Made by a program: the position numbers and the translations under genes
Shown: positions 50,306 through 60,420 of the stretch, one piece after another
Numbering within the stretch: position 1 is the first letter of the stretch
Layout of the letters: every line of letters begins with the position of its first letter
The notes under the pieces: generated by a model
Told to the model about the DNA's origin: nothing
The model's database searches: none
What the model saw: the letters and a program-made list of their open reading frames with translations, nothing else
Assembly (NCBI GenBank): GCA_048184855.1
Contig: DBEYYU010000069.1
Coordinates: forward strand, 4,264-68,263
DNA from: Collinsella aerofaciens
Lineage (GTDB): Bacteria > Actinomycetota > Coriobacteriia > Coriobacteriales > Coriobacteriaceae
Direction of reading: 5' to 3'
DNA: 64,000 nucleotides

Positions 50306-53300
50306 ATGGCATTCGTCCATCTGCACAACCACACTGTCTTTTCCATGCTCGACGGCGCAACCCGTATCCAGGATATGGTCAATCGTGCCGTAGAGCTGGG
50401 CATGCCCGCCGTCGCCATTACCGACCACGGCTACATGTATGGCGTGCCCGACCTGGCGCTGGCCTGCGACGCCGTCAACCACAACACGCCCGAGTACAAA
50501 ACCTGGAGCCACGACAAGGCCTTCCTGGAAAAGGACCGCCGCGACGAGCTGGTGGAGCCCGATCCCGAGGAAAACCCGCGCGAGCATGCCCAGTATGTGA
50601 AGGACATGGCCATGTGGGACGAGAAGGGCAACATCGACGAGCTCAAGCCGCCCCTGGTCATCAAGCCCATCTTTGGCTGCGAGGTCTACTTTACGCCGGA
50701 CGAGACGCTCGCCCGCGACCACAAGCCCGAGCTCTACCACATGATCCTTCTGGCCAAGGACCAGGAGGGCTACGTCAACCTGATGCAGACGGTTTCCGAG
50801 GCCGCCGTGCAGGGCTTTTACTACAAGCCCCGCGTGACGCTCGACAACCTGCGCCGCCACGCCAAGGGCATGATCTGCACGAGCGCCTGCATCGCGGGCA
50901 TCATCCCCAAATACATCGACCGCGGTGACATGGAGGGCGCCATCAAGTGGGCCGAGACCTTCCGCGACACCTTCGACCCCGGTGACTTCTACATCGAGAT
51001 CCAGGAACACGGCATCACCACCGACAACGGCCTGACCGACGAGCAGATGGACCGCACGCTCATCGACATCGCCAAGCAGGTGGGCGTCAAGGTCATCGCC
51101 ACCAACGACTTCCACTACCTGCGCCGCGAGGACGCGCCCGTGCAGGACGTCATCATGTGCATCGGCATGAACGCCAAGGTCGACGACCCCAACCGCATGC
51201 GCATGACCGGCTCGGAGTTTTACATGAAGACCGAGGAGGAGATGCGGGCGATGTTCCCGTATTGCCCCGAGGCCTGCGACAACACGCTCGAGATTGCCGA
51301 CAAGTGCTACGTTGAGCTGGACTGGGACTCCATCATCCTGCCGCGCTTCCCGTTGCTCGATCCCGGCGAGACGCACGAGAGCCAGTTCCGCCGCGAGTGC
51401 GAGAAGGGCCTGCGCCAACACTACGGTGACGACTGGGCCACGCGCGAGATCTGTGGCGTCAACATCAAAGAGCGCTTTGAGTACGAATACAAGGTCATCT
51501 GCGACAAGGGCTTTGCCGCCTACTTTTTGATCGTCGCCGAGTACGTGCAATGGGCCAAGGACAACGGCATCGGCGTCGGTCCCGGCCGTGGCTCGGCCGC
51601 CGGCGCTATCGTCGCCTACGCCATGAACATCACCGCGTTCGACCCGCTCGAGAACGGCCTGATGTTCGAGAGGTTCCTGTCCCCGCAGCGTACCGAGATG
51701 CCCGATATCGATATGGACTTCGACGATGAGCGGCGCCTCGAGGTCGTGGAGCACGTTCGCCAGCTCTACGGTCCCGAGAAGGTCACCCACGTCATCACCT
51801 ACTCGACCATTAAGGCCAAGCAGGCCATCAACGACGCCGCGCGCGTGCTGGACTACCCGGTCTACATGGGCCAGCGCCTGTCCAAGATGGTCTCGAGCGA
51901 CCCCAAGGTCAAGCTCAAGCAGGTGCTCGAAAAGCAACCCGGCAAAGAGGATCTGTTTAACCCCGACTTTGCCGAGGCCTATAAAAAGGATGACGACGCC
52001 CGCCGTATCATCGACACGGCGCTCTCGATCGAGGGCCTCACCCGTGGCGAGGGCGTGCACGCGTGCGCCGTTCTGATCTGCCGCGACCCCGTCAACGAGC
52101 ACGTGCCCACCAAGCTCGACACCAAGGGCGGCGTCGAGATTACCCAGTACGAGGGCCATACCGTCGCCGACATGGGCCTGCTCAAGATGGACTTCTTGGG
52201 CTTGCGCACGCTGACGGTTATCTCCAAGGCCAAGGCAAACATCAAAAAGAACTTCGGCATCGACATCAAAGAGGAAGAGATTCCCTTTGACGATCCCGAG
52301 ATCTTTAAGCTCATGGGCTCCGGCCACACCGCCGGCGTCTTCCAGGTCGAGTCCGCCGGCATGACGGCCACGATCAAGAACATGAAGCCCACCGAGTACA
52401 AACACGTCGTGGCATTGATCGCCCTGTACCGCCCGGGCCCGCTGGGCGCCGGCATGGTCTCGTCCTACATCAACCGTATGAACGGCAAGGAGCCGGCCGT
52501 CTCCTACGACGACCGTCTGGACGACATCCTGGGCGAAACCTACGGCACCATGGTCTACCAGGAGCAGGTTATGCTCATCTCCGTCGAGATGTGCGGCTTC
52601 TCCAAGGGCGAATCGGACTCGCGTATCCGTAAGCCCGTGGCTAAGAAAAAGATTAAGCTGCTCACGTCGACGGTGCTCCACTGGGAGGATGGCTCGGACG
52701 AGACCACTTACGACCACTGGATGAATGGCGCTATCAAGAACAACTACACGCGCGAGGTCGCCCAGAAGATTTGGGACGATGTCCTTGAGTTCGCGTCCTA
52801 CGCCTTCAATAAGTCGCACTCCGCCGGTTACGCCATCCTGGTTATGCAGACGGCATGGCTCAAGGCGCACTATCCGCATGAGTACATGGCGGCCGTTCTG
52901 ACGTCCTATACGGGTAAGACCGACAAGATCGTGCACTACGTCTCGGCGTGCCGTCACGACGGCATCCCCGTGCTGTCGCCAGATGTCAACGAGTCCGGTA
53001 CCGAGTTCACGGCTACCAAGGAAGGCGTGCGCTTTGGTCTGGCCGGTATCCGCGGCGTGGGCACCGGCGTGGCGCAGGCGATTATCGCCGAGCGCGAGGC
53101 GGGCGGTCCGTTTAAGACGCTGCACGACTTTGTCGAGCGCGTGGACTCGAGCCAGGCCAACCGTCGCGTGATCGAATCGCTGATCAAGGCAGGCGCCTTC
53201 GACTCCACGGGGTATCCGCGTCGCCAGATGATGCACTTTGTGGACAAGAACAACCCCGAGAACATCATCGATGCCGCGGTAAAGCGCCAGAAGGACCGCG

Positions 53301-54109
53301 CGAGCGGCCAGACGTCGTTCTTCGATATGTTTGGCGACGTTGAGGGCTCGGGCTTTGAGGTGAGCGTACCCGATCCGGATGGCCAGGAGTGGGACCGCCA
53401 CCTTAAGCTGAGCCAGGAGAAGGAGGTCCTGGGCATCTATGTCTCGGACCACCCGCTGCGCCCGTTTGAGTATGCACTTAGCAAAGCGCGCGACTTCTCG
53501 TTCTCGCAGATCGACACCGGCTATGAGGTGCAAAACCCCACGGGCGGTACCATCAACCAGGAGATTCCCGAGGGCAAGGCGCTGTGGTGGGCCGGCATGG
53601 TCTCGAGCGTGTCCAAGCGCGTGACCAAAAACGGCGACCCCATGGGCATCGTGCAGCTCGAGGACATGGAAGGCGAGGCCACGGTCGTGGTGTTCCCCAA
53701 GACCTACAAGGAGGCCGAGGGGTATCTGTACGGCGAGGTCGATCCCGAGACCGGCGCGCAGCTGTCCGACGCGTTTGTGCGCATTAAGGGCAAGCTCGAG
53801 CGCTCGGACCGCGGCGACCAGATCATCGCGCAGGAGATTGTGCCGCTGGAGCTTAGCGAGGAGAAAAACAAGCCCAAGGTCTTTGAGGTCATGGTGCCCA
53901 ACAGTCGATTTAGCCAGGGCAATATGGCGCGCCTGGCCACGGTGCTCACCACCAACCCGGGCGGCGACCGCGTGGAGATCTTTATTGAGCAAGTCGACGG
54001 GCGCGTGCTGCGTGCCGAGGTGCCGGCCAAGGTCAACGCACGCTCGATTCCGCTGCTGGCAGAGGCAAAGGCGATTGTGGGTAACCAAGGCAGAGTGACG
54101 GTAATTTAA
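50306..54109 (+). CDS. dnaE: DNA polymerase III alpha subunit
   Basis: It has the PHP domain start MAFVHLHNHTVFSMLDGA, and polymerase core and OB-fold regions. The length is 1267 aa. Confidence 0.97.
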   Translation: MAFVHLHNHTVFSMLDGATRIQDMVNRAVELGMPAVAITDHGYMYGVPDLALACDAVNHNTPEYKTWSHDKAFLEKDRRDELVEPDPEENPREHAQYVKDMAMWDEKGNIDELKPPLVIKPIFGCEVYFTPDETLARDHKPELYHMILLAKDQEGYVNLMQTVSEAAVQGFYYKPRVTLDNLRRHAKGMICTSACIAGIIPKYIDRGDMEGAIKWAETFRDTFDPGDFYIEIQEHGITTDNGLTDEQMDRTLIDIAKQVGVKVIATNDFHYLRREDAPVQDVIMCIGMNAKVDDPNRMRMTGSEFYMKTEEEMRAMFPYCPEACDNTLEIADKCYVELDWDSIILPRFPLLDPGETHESQFRRECEKGLRQHYGDDWATREICGVNIKERFEYEYKVICDKGFAAYFLIVAEYVQWAKDNGIGVGPGRGSAAGAIVAYAMNITAFDPLENGLMFERFLSPQRTEMPDIDMDFDDERRLEVVEHVRQLYGPEKVTHVITYSTIKAKQAINDAARVLDYPVYMGQRLSKMVSSDPKVKLKQVLEKQPGKEDLFNPDFAEAYKKDDDARRIIDTALSIEGLTRGEGVHACAVLICRDPVNEHVPTKLDTKGGVEITQYEGHTVADMGLLKMDFLGLRTLTVISKAKANIKKNFGIDIKEEEIPFDDPEIFKLMGSGHTAGVFQVESAGMTATIKNMKPTEYKHVVALIALYRPGPLGAGMVSSYINRMNGKEPAVSYDDRLDDILGETYGTMVYQEQVMLISVEMCGFSKGESDSRIRKPVAKKKIKLLTSTVLHWEDGSDETTYDHWMNGAIKNNYTREVAQKIWDDVLEFASYAFNKSHSAGYAILVMQTAWLKAHYPHEYMAAVLTSYTGKTDKIVHYVSACRHDGIPVLSPDVNESGTEFTATKEGVRFGLAGIRGVGTGVAQAIIAEREAGGPFKTLHDFVERVDSSQANRRVIESLIKAGAFDSTGYPRRQMMHFVDKNNPENIIDAAVKRQKDRASGQTSFFDMFGDVEGSGFEVSVPDPDGQEWDRHLKLSQEKEVLGIYVSDHPLRPFEYALSKARDFSFSQIDTGYEVQNPTGGTINQEIPEGKALWWAGMVSSVSKRVTKNGDPMGIVQLEDMEGEATVVVFPKTYKEAEGYLYGEVDPETGAQLSDAFVRIKGKLERSDRGDQIIAQEIVPLELSEEKNKPKVFEVMVPNSRFSQGNMARLATVLTTNPGGDRVEIFIEQVDGRVLRAEVPAKVNARSIPLLAEAKAIVGNQGRVTVI

Positions 54110-54122
54110 GGACGGCGTTGGC

Positions 54123-54251
54123 GGGGTAGCTAATTTGGGACGGGGCTATTTTAGCTACCCTTTGACTGACGGCGAATGAGTCGGGGTCGGAATGCATCTC
54201 AACCGACATATGGGGGTAGCTAAAATAGCCCCGTCCCAAATTAGCTACCCC
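54123..54251. repeat. 38-nt perfect inverted repeat (54123-54160 / 54214-54251) around a 53-nt centre; each arm is itself a hairpin
   Basis: GGGGTAGCTAATTTGGGACGGGGCTATTTTAGCTACCC and its exact reverse complement. The element lies between the dnaE stop (54109) and the SNF2 gene start (54272). Confidence 0.9.
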
Positions 54252-54271
54252 GGGTGAGATTGGAGGAAGTG

Positions 54272-57200
54272 ATGGCGCAGGGGACGTTTGTGCAGGCGCT
54301 CCGGAAAGAGGCGGCGCTGAGCGGCACCTTTATGAAGGGGCGTTCGCTCATGCTCAACGGCGCTGTGCTGTCGATCGAGGACAGCGGCTCGCGCTTCTCC
54401 AAAAACGTGACGGTTGAGGGCTCGGTGCGCGGCTCGCGCGGCGACCTGTACAAGACGCACGTGGCGCTTGACATGGACGAGCACGAGGTGATCGACTACG
54501 ACTGCGATTGCCCCGCTGCCTATCGCTACCCCGGCATGTGCAAGCACGCCATCGCCACGGCGTTGGCGTACCTGGACGCCAGCGGTGCCGAGCCCGTCGA
54601 GGGCCTGCGCACGCCGGTCCGCACGTTTACGGCGCAGCCGAAACAGCCCGCGCGCACCGCGCCCAAAGCGCCGGCCGTCAATCCCAACTTTCCCTTTCCG
54701 GCGCCCGTCCCCACGAGTCCCAGCCTCATGGCGGCGCTCTCCGATCTTTCGGACGCGCGCATGGATGAGCTGGCGAGCATGCGCCGCAAGCTCGCCGGCA
54801 GTGTGGATCCCGATGCCCCCAAGGCGGTGTTGGAGCCCTCGCTGGTGCCGTACTACAATCCACTGTTTGCCGACCGCTTTAGCTGGGCGCTCGAGCTTCG
54901 CATTCGCTGCGGTTCGGTGTCCTACGTGGTCAAGGACATCGACGGCATGGCCGATGCCTACGTGCGCGGCGGCACCTTCTCGTACGGCAAGAAGCTCACG
55001 TTTGTCCATACGCCCGAAGCCTTCGAAGACGTGTCGACAAAGCTGCTCAACCTTGTCGTGACGACAGTTGCCTATCTCGATGACATCACAAGCTCGCGTT
55101 CGGCGTCGTACGACTTTGCCAACAGCGGTTTTGTCGCCGAGCGTCAGTTGCCGCTGTCCGAGCATAGCATCGTATATGTGCTGGACCTGTTGCGCGGCCA
55201 GACCATCTCCTTTGAGCCCGCCTGGTCGCGGGGGATGACGACGCATCGCACCTATGACGTGGCGGTTGAGATGCCTCCGGAAGGGGAGGACGAGGCTCTG
55301 TCTAAGCGCCCACCGCTCCTTGCCGCCAAAATCGCGCCGGCGGCTGGCGGCAGCTACGATCTACGCCTGCCGGCCGATGCATACTGCTTTGCTTCGGGCG
55401 ACGTTGCCTATCTGGTCGACACCCGCCGTGCGCGCCGCGCCGATGTAGCGTTTGCCCAGCATGCGGCGCCGTTCCTATCGCGCTTACTGCCCTGTCGCAC
55501 GCCGATCCATATCGCTGTCGACCAGGTGGGGGAGTTCTGTCGTATGGCGCTGCCCATTTTGCGCGACTACACCGACCTTACCGCGCCCGCCGTGCTCGAC
55601 ACCGTGGCGCCCGAGCCGAGCTTTGCCATGGCAATCGGTGTCGACGACGGGCTCGTGACCTGCAAGATTACGGTTTCCTACGGCGACTGGTCGGCAGATC
55701 TCTTTAGCCTGGGTGCTCCGGGAAGCCCCTTTGAAGAACAGCGCCCGGGCGTGCCGCCGCGCGACGAGATAGCAGAGTTTCGCGTTATGGACACGGCGGC
55801 CCTGTATTTCGACTTTTACGAGGGCGGCCTGGCGTTTGAGGAGCGCGACGACGAGAGCCTGTTCTGCTTGCTGACCGAGGGCCTGTCTGCCCTGTCCGAG
55901 CTGGGCGAGGTCATGCTCAGCGACCACCTACGCCAGATCTCGGTGCGCCCTGCGCCCAAGCTTTCGGTGCGTGCCACCGTCAAGAGCAACCTGCTCGATG
56001 TTGAACTGGGCGCGAGCGGTCTTTCGGCGGCAGATCTTGCCATCTACCTCGACTCCTATAAGCGCCATCAAACGTTTGCGCGCCTTACGTCCGGCGACAT
56101 CATTCGCCTGGACGAGGGCGCTCGAGCCGCGTTTGGCCTCGCCAAGGACCTGGGCGTCGATGCCGTCGACCTGCTCGACGGCGTGTCGCTTCCCGCGTCG
56201 AGTACCCTGTTCGTCGACAGCATGCTTGCGCGCACGCCGGCGCTTGAGGCCGATCGCGACGCTGCGTTCCGCCGTACCGTCGAGCGCCTGGACACGCTCG
56301 GCAAGATGGACTTTACGGTACCTGCCTCGCTCAAGGCCACGCTGCGTGGCTACCAGGTCGACGGATACCAGTGGCTCGGCTCGCTCGAACACCTGGGCCT
56401 TGGTGGCATCTTGGCCGACGACATGGGCCTGGGCAAAACACTCCAGATGATCGCGCATGTCCTGGCGCGCGTGGAGGCGGGGGACATCAAGCCCACGCTC
56501 GTGGTATGCCCGGCCTCGCTCGTGTACAACTGGACTGCCGAGCTGGAGCGCTTTGCGCCCTCGCTCGATGTTTGCGCAATCGTGGGCGCCAAGGCGCAGC
56601 GCCGCGTGCAGATTGCCGGCGTGGCTGAGCATAACGTGGTCGTGACGTCGTATGACCTTATGCGGCGCGATATCGACGAGTACGTCGAGCAGAACTTTGC
56701 CCGTGTGGTGCTCGATGAGGCCCAGTACATTAAAAACCCGCTCACCCAGGTGGCTCGCGCCGCCAAGCGCCTGCCTGCCGGCGTGCGCTTTGCTCTGACG
56801 GGCACGCCCATCGAAAACCGCCTATCCGAGCTCTGGAGCATCTTCGACTTTTTGATGCCGGGCCTGCTCGGCACGCGCGAGTCGTTTGCCAAACGCTTCG
56901 AAAGCCCGGTCGAGCATGCCGAGGGCGACAGTGCCGCTCGCCTGCAGGCGCTCGTGTCGCCGTTTGTGCTGCGCCGTGTCAAGGAGGACGTGGTGGCCGA
57001 CCTGCCCGAGAAGATCGAGGATACGGTCATGGCGCAGCTCACCGGCGAGCAGCGCAAGCTCTACCTGGCCAACCAGGACCGCATCGCCCAGCAGGTGCAG
57101 CACCGCGAGTCATCCGAGTTTAAGAAAGACAAGCTCAAGGTGCTCGCTGAGCTCACCAAGCTGCGCCAGATCTGCTGCGACCCGCGTCTACACTACGAGG

Positions 57201-57736
57201 ATTACAAGGCGGGGAGCGCCAAACTCGATACGTGCATGGAGCTCGTGCACGGCGCGCTCGACGGCGGGCATCGCATCCTGTTGTTCAGCCAGTTTACGGG
57301 TATGCTCGATATCATCGGTAAGCGCTTGGCCAAGGAGGACATCGCCTTCCTTAAGCTCACGGGCGCTTCGTCTAAGGAGAGCCGCGCCAAGATGGTCGCG
57401 CAGTTCCAAGCGGGCGAGGTTCCGGTCTTTTTGATTTCGCTCAAGGCGGGTGGCGTGGGCCTTAACCTGACGGCTGCCGACGTGGTCATTCACTACGACC
57501 CGTGGTGGAACGTGGCGGCGCAGGACCAAGCGACTGACCGTGCACACCGTATTGGCCAGCAACATGCCGTGACCGTGTACAAGCTCATCGCCAAGGACAC
57601 GATCGAGGAACGCATTATGCAGATGCAGGAGTCCAAGCGCGACCTGGTCAACAGCGTGCTCGGCGGCGACGGCATCTCGTCGGCACTGTTCACGCGCGAG
57701 GATGTTCTGGCGCTGCTCGGCGGCGACGGTCGCTAA
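54272..57736 (+). CDS. SNF2-family helicase with an N-terminal SWIM zinc finger
   Basis: It has the SWIM motif (CDCPAAYRYPGMCKHAIA). It has the SNF2 ATPase motifs (LADDMGLGKT, DEAQYIKN) and the helicase C region (GGVGLNLTAADVVIHYDPWWN, QATDRAHRIGQ). GGAGGA lies upstream of the ATG at 54272. Confidence 0.9.
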   Translation: MAQGTFVQALRKEAALSGTFMKGRSLMLNGAVLSIEDSGSRFSKNVTVEGSVRGSRGDLYKTHVALDMDEHEVIDYDCDCPAAYRYPGMCKHAIATALAYLDASGAEPVEGLRTPVRTFTAQPKQPARTAPKAPAVNPNFPFPAPVPTSPSLMAALSDLSDARMDELASMRRKLAGSVDPDAPKAVLEPSLVPYYNPLFADRFSWALELRIRCGSVSYVVKDIDGMADAYVRGGTFSYGKKLTFVHTPEAFEDVSTKLLNLVVTTVAYLDDITSSRSASYDFANSGFVAERQLPLSEHSIVYVLDLLRGQTISFEPAWSRGMTTHRTYDVAVEMPPEGEDEALSKRPPLLAAKIAPAAGGSYDLRLPADAYCFASGDVAYLVDTRRARRADVAFAQHAAPFLSRLLPCRTPIHIAVDQVGEFCRMALPILRDYTDLTAPAVLDTVAPEPSFAMAIGVDDGLVTCKITVSYGDWSADLFSLGAPGSPFEEQRPGVPPRDEIAEFRVMDTAALYFDFYEGGLAFEERDDESLFCLLTEGLSALSELGEVMLSDHLRQISVRPAPKLSVRATVKSNLLDVELGASGLSAADLAIYLDSYKRHQTFARLTSGDIIRLDEGARAAFGLAKDLGVDAVDLLDGVSLPASSTLFVDSMLARTPALEADRDAAFRRTVERLDTLGKMDFTVPASLKATLRGYQVDGYQWLGSLEHLGLGGILADDMGLGKTLQMIAHVLARVEAGDIKPTLVVCPASLVYNWTAELERFAPSLDVCAIVGAKAQRRVQIAGVAEHNVVVTSYDLMRRDIDEYVEQNFARVVLDEAQYIKNPLTQVARAAKRLPAGVRFALTGTPIENRLSELWSIFDFLMPGLLGTRESFAKRFESPVEHAEGDSAARLQALVSPFVLRRVKEDVVADLPEKIEDTVMAQLTGEQRKLYLANQDRIAQQVQHRESSEFKKDKLKVLAELTKLRQICCDPRLHYEDYKAGSAKLDTCMELVHGALDGGHRILLFSQFTGMLDIIGKRLAKEDIAFLKLTGASSKESRAKMVAQFQAGEVPVFLISLKAGGVGLNLTAADVVIHYDPWWNVAAQDQATDRAHRIGQQHAVTVYKLIAKDTIEERIMQMQESKRDLVNSVLGGDGISSALFTREDVLALLGGDGR

Positions 57737-57886
57737 CCCGCTCGGGTGGGGCCGTCAGGGCGGATGGCACACGCTGTCCCATCGTCCCCGCCCGTTATGT
57801 GTTCATTTGCAATGCCGTGGATGGTTTGTCTGCCTTTGGGCATAAGAACCATCAAGAACATTGGCACATCAGCAAAGGAGAACATC

Positions 57887-58249
57887 ATGGCGAAATTCTT
57901 TAAGGACCCTGACGGCAAGCTCATCGCTGCCCTTGGCGACGGCGTTGCGACCCCTGCCGGTTGCACGGAACTGACTGCAAACACTGAGGACGCGGCGCAC
58001 GAGAAGCACGTGCCTGTTGTCGAGACCGAGCGCGACGGTCACGTGATTCGCGCACGCGTTGGCTCGGTCGAGCACCCCAGCCTGCCCGAGCACTACATTG
58101 AGTGGATCGCCCTTGAGGCCGAGGGCCGCTTAGAGGTCCATTACCTTGAGCCCGGCATGAAACCCGCGACGTTTTTCGCGGGCGGCTCCAAGACCGGTAC
58201 CGTCTATGCCTACTGCAACCTGCACGGGCTGTGGTCCGCGACATTCTAG
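57887..58249 (+). CDS. desulfoferrodoxin-family protein (superoxide reductase-like, centre II only)
   Basis: It has EKHVPV, HP..PEHYIEWI and CNLHGLW ligand motifs in a 120-aa protein. AAGGAGAA lies upstream of the ATG at 57887. Confidence 0.8.
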   Translation: MAKFFKDPDGKLIAALGDGVATPAGCTELTANTEDAAHEKHVPVVETERDGHVIRARVGSVEHPSLPEHYIEWIALEAEGRLEVHYLEPGMKPATFFAGGSKTGTVYAYCNLHGLWSATF

Positions 58250-58295
58250 GAGCGCGCCCCCGCTCGGGGTATCATAGCTAGCATATGCACATGCA

Positions 58296-58328
58296 AGCGC
58301 CGGCTGCATTATGCGGCCGGCGCTTTTA
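58296..58328 (+). terminator. intrinsic terminator
   Basis: AGCGCCGGC-loop-GCCGGCGCT followed by TTTT. Confidence 0.72.
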
Positions 58329-58366
58329 CTACGATTTCGATGGTTTACGACGGAAAGGGCTGAGCC

Positions 58367-60352
58367 ATGAAGCTCGCGCTTGCACAGATCGATATGCGCC
58401 TTGGGGATATTGAGGGCATTTGCGGCCGCATCGAGGACCAGGCTCGTCTGGCCCACGAGCGCGGGGCGCGCGTGCTGTGCGTTCCGGCTCCGCTCTTTAT
58501 GGGCGCCATGCCCGGTGGCCTGGTGGGCGCTGCCGACTTTGAGCACGACGTGCTTGCCGGTTTGACTGGTGTCGCCGAGCGTATCCAGGAGCTTGACATG
58601 ATCTGCATCGTGCCCGCGGCGGTTTCGTTTGAGGGCCAGCCGCTGCTCGACTACATGATGCTCAAGGACGGTCATGTGGTGCCGGCGCGTTCGAGCATTG
58701 CCCTGCAGCGTGGCGAGAACAACGACACGCGTTGGGCGCCGCCGGTGTTCGACGTGGACGGCGTGCGCATCGCCGTGATTTTTGACTTGGACCGCGAGCT
58801 CGAGATGTTGCCGACCGGCGTCGACCTCATTGCCTATTTCCAATTCAACGCGTTTGACATGACCGACCGCGAGACTGCCGCCATTGCCGCCGTTCGCAGC
58901 GGCGCCTACCGCAAGATCGCATCCAAGCGCAGCGTGTGGTTTGCCTGCATGGCGCCGGTCGGTGCCTATGACGAGTCGGTGTATACCGGCGGTTCGTTTG
59001 TGCTCGACGACTGCGGTCGCGTGGTGGCCCAGGCGCCGTGTTTTGAGGAGAGCCTGCTGGTTCAGGAGATTCAGCGTGGCGTGATGCTCGATGCCCTGGA
59101 AGATCACGAACTGCCCGAGTTCCGTTCCGAGGAGTGGCTGTGGCAGGCGCTGGTGCTCGCCGTGCGCGACAACGCCCGAGCCCACGGTGCTTCGCGTGCT
59201 GTGGTGGCACTCGAGGGTGACTTGCCGTCGTCTTTGCTGACGGCGCTGGCCGTCGACGCTCTGGGCCCGCGCAATGTGATTGGCCTGGTGCTGGGGCGCA
59301 ACCGTATCTTTACGCCGGCGCAGGAAGAGGCCGAGGCTGCCCGCTGTGCCGCCGTCCGCGCCATTGCCGAGCGTCTGCACATTCGCACTGTCGAGCGCGA
59401 TGCACCGGATGCGGCGCGTGTGCTCGATCGCGACGTGTCGGCGGGCGATGCCGAGCGTCTGCGCTCGCGCACGCTGGGCCTCATGCTGGAGGACACGGCG
59501 CTCGAGCTGGGTGCGATGGCGCTGAGCCCGCTGTCCAAAACCGAGTATGCGCTGGCGGCGCCGGCGCTTTGCGGCGGCTACCAGGGCGACTTTGCGCCCT
59601 TTGGCGATGTGTACCTGTCGACGCTTGAGTTTGTGGCGCGTGTGCGCAACCGCACGTCTGCCGTGGTGCCCCAAGAGCTCGTGACGCTCAACGCGGTGGA
59701 AGATTGTATGGAGCGCGTGCTGGCGCAGGCGCTCTCGACGCTCGACGGTCCGGTCGATATGCTCGACCGCGCGGCACAGCTGCTTGGCGGGCTTGAGCCG
59801 GGTGAGGTCGATGGCGCGCTCGAGGCGCACGTGGACCGCAATCGATCTTTCGACGACATTCCGATGGCCGCTGGCAAGCCTGAGGCTTGCTCGCTGCTGC
59901 TGATGCTCGTTCGACAGGGTGAGGCTGCCCGCCGCATGTTGCCGATGGCGCCGATCGTCTCGGCCCGTTCGTTTGCCGAGCGTGCCTGGCCGTATATGCT
60001 CGCGTGGTCCGACCTGGGGCTTAACGGCAAGGAGCGTATGACGGTCGATTCGCTGGCGCGCGCCGAGGTGCGCCGTTTTGCTGACGAGGATACGAGCGAG
60101 CGCGTGCGAAACGAGATGATGGGCGTGCTGGGCGAGCTACTGGGTATTTCGCCCGAGCAAATGGAGGAGCTGCGCTCTGAGGACGGTCAGCGTCGTTTGC
60201 ACGAGGGAATGAAAAAGTTCGAGGGCGAGGTTCAGGACGCCATCGATAAGATGATGGGCGGTCAGGGCGGCTCGCAAGGTAGTCCCCAGGGTGGCCCGAT
60301 GCCGCATCCGCCGGTTGATCCGAGGCAGTTCCCCTTTTTCTCGCAGAACTAA
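58367..60352 (+). CDS. glutamine-dependent NAD+ synthetase (NadE) homologue with degenerate catalytic motifs
   Basis: It has the two-domain layout of NadE (N-terminal CN-hydrolase-like, then NAD-synthetase-like). The expected E-K-C triad positions read A, A and F. The SGGxDS P-loop reads EGDLPS. See findings. Confidence 0.7.
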   Translation: MKLALAQIDMRLGDIEGICGRIEDQARLAHERGARVLCVPAPLFMGAMPGGLVGAADFEHDVLAGLTGVAERIQELDMICIVPAAVSFEGQPLLDYMMLKDGHVVPARSSIALQRGENNDTRWAPPVFDVDGVRIAVIFDLDRELEMLPTGVDLIAYFQFNAFDMTDRETAAIAAVRSGAYRKIASKRSVWFACMAPVGAYDESVYTGGSFVLDDCGRVVAQAPCFEESLLVQEIQRGVMLDALEDHELPEFRSEEWLWQALVLAVRDNARAHGASRAVVALEGDLPSSLLTALAVDALGPRNVIGLVLGRNRIFTPAQEEAEAARCAAVRAIAERLHIRTVERDAPDAARVLDRDVSAGDAERLRSRTLGLMLEDTALELGAMALSPLSKTEYALAAPALCGGYQGDFAPFGDVYLSTLEFVARVRNRTSAVVPQELVTLNAVEDCMERVLAQALSTLDGPVDMLDRAAQLLGGLEPGEVDGALEAHVDRNRSFDDIPMAAGKPEACSLLLMLVRQGEAARRMLPMAPIVSARSFAERAWPYMLAWSDLGLNGKERMTVDSLARAEVRRFADEDTSERVRNEMMGVLGELLGISPEQMEELRSEDGQRRLHEGMKKFEGEVQDAIDKMMGGQGGSQGSPQGGPMPHPPVDPRQFPFFSQN

Positions 60353-60420
60353 CTATGGGATAGGATTCGCTTCCAGCCCCGACACTTCAACTAAGTATCG
60401 TGGCTCCGTTGTGTTATTCT

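Noticed and set aside
50270-54088. A 1272-aa ORF antisense to dnaE, and the out-of-frame 254-aa Arg/Pro-rich ORF at 50164-50928
   Set aside because: dnaE is unambiguous on the + strand. The alternatives have highly biased composition typical of off-frame translation of GC-rich DNA.
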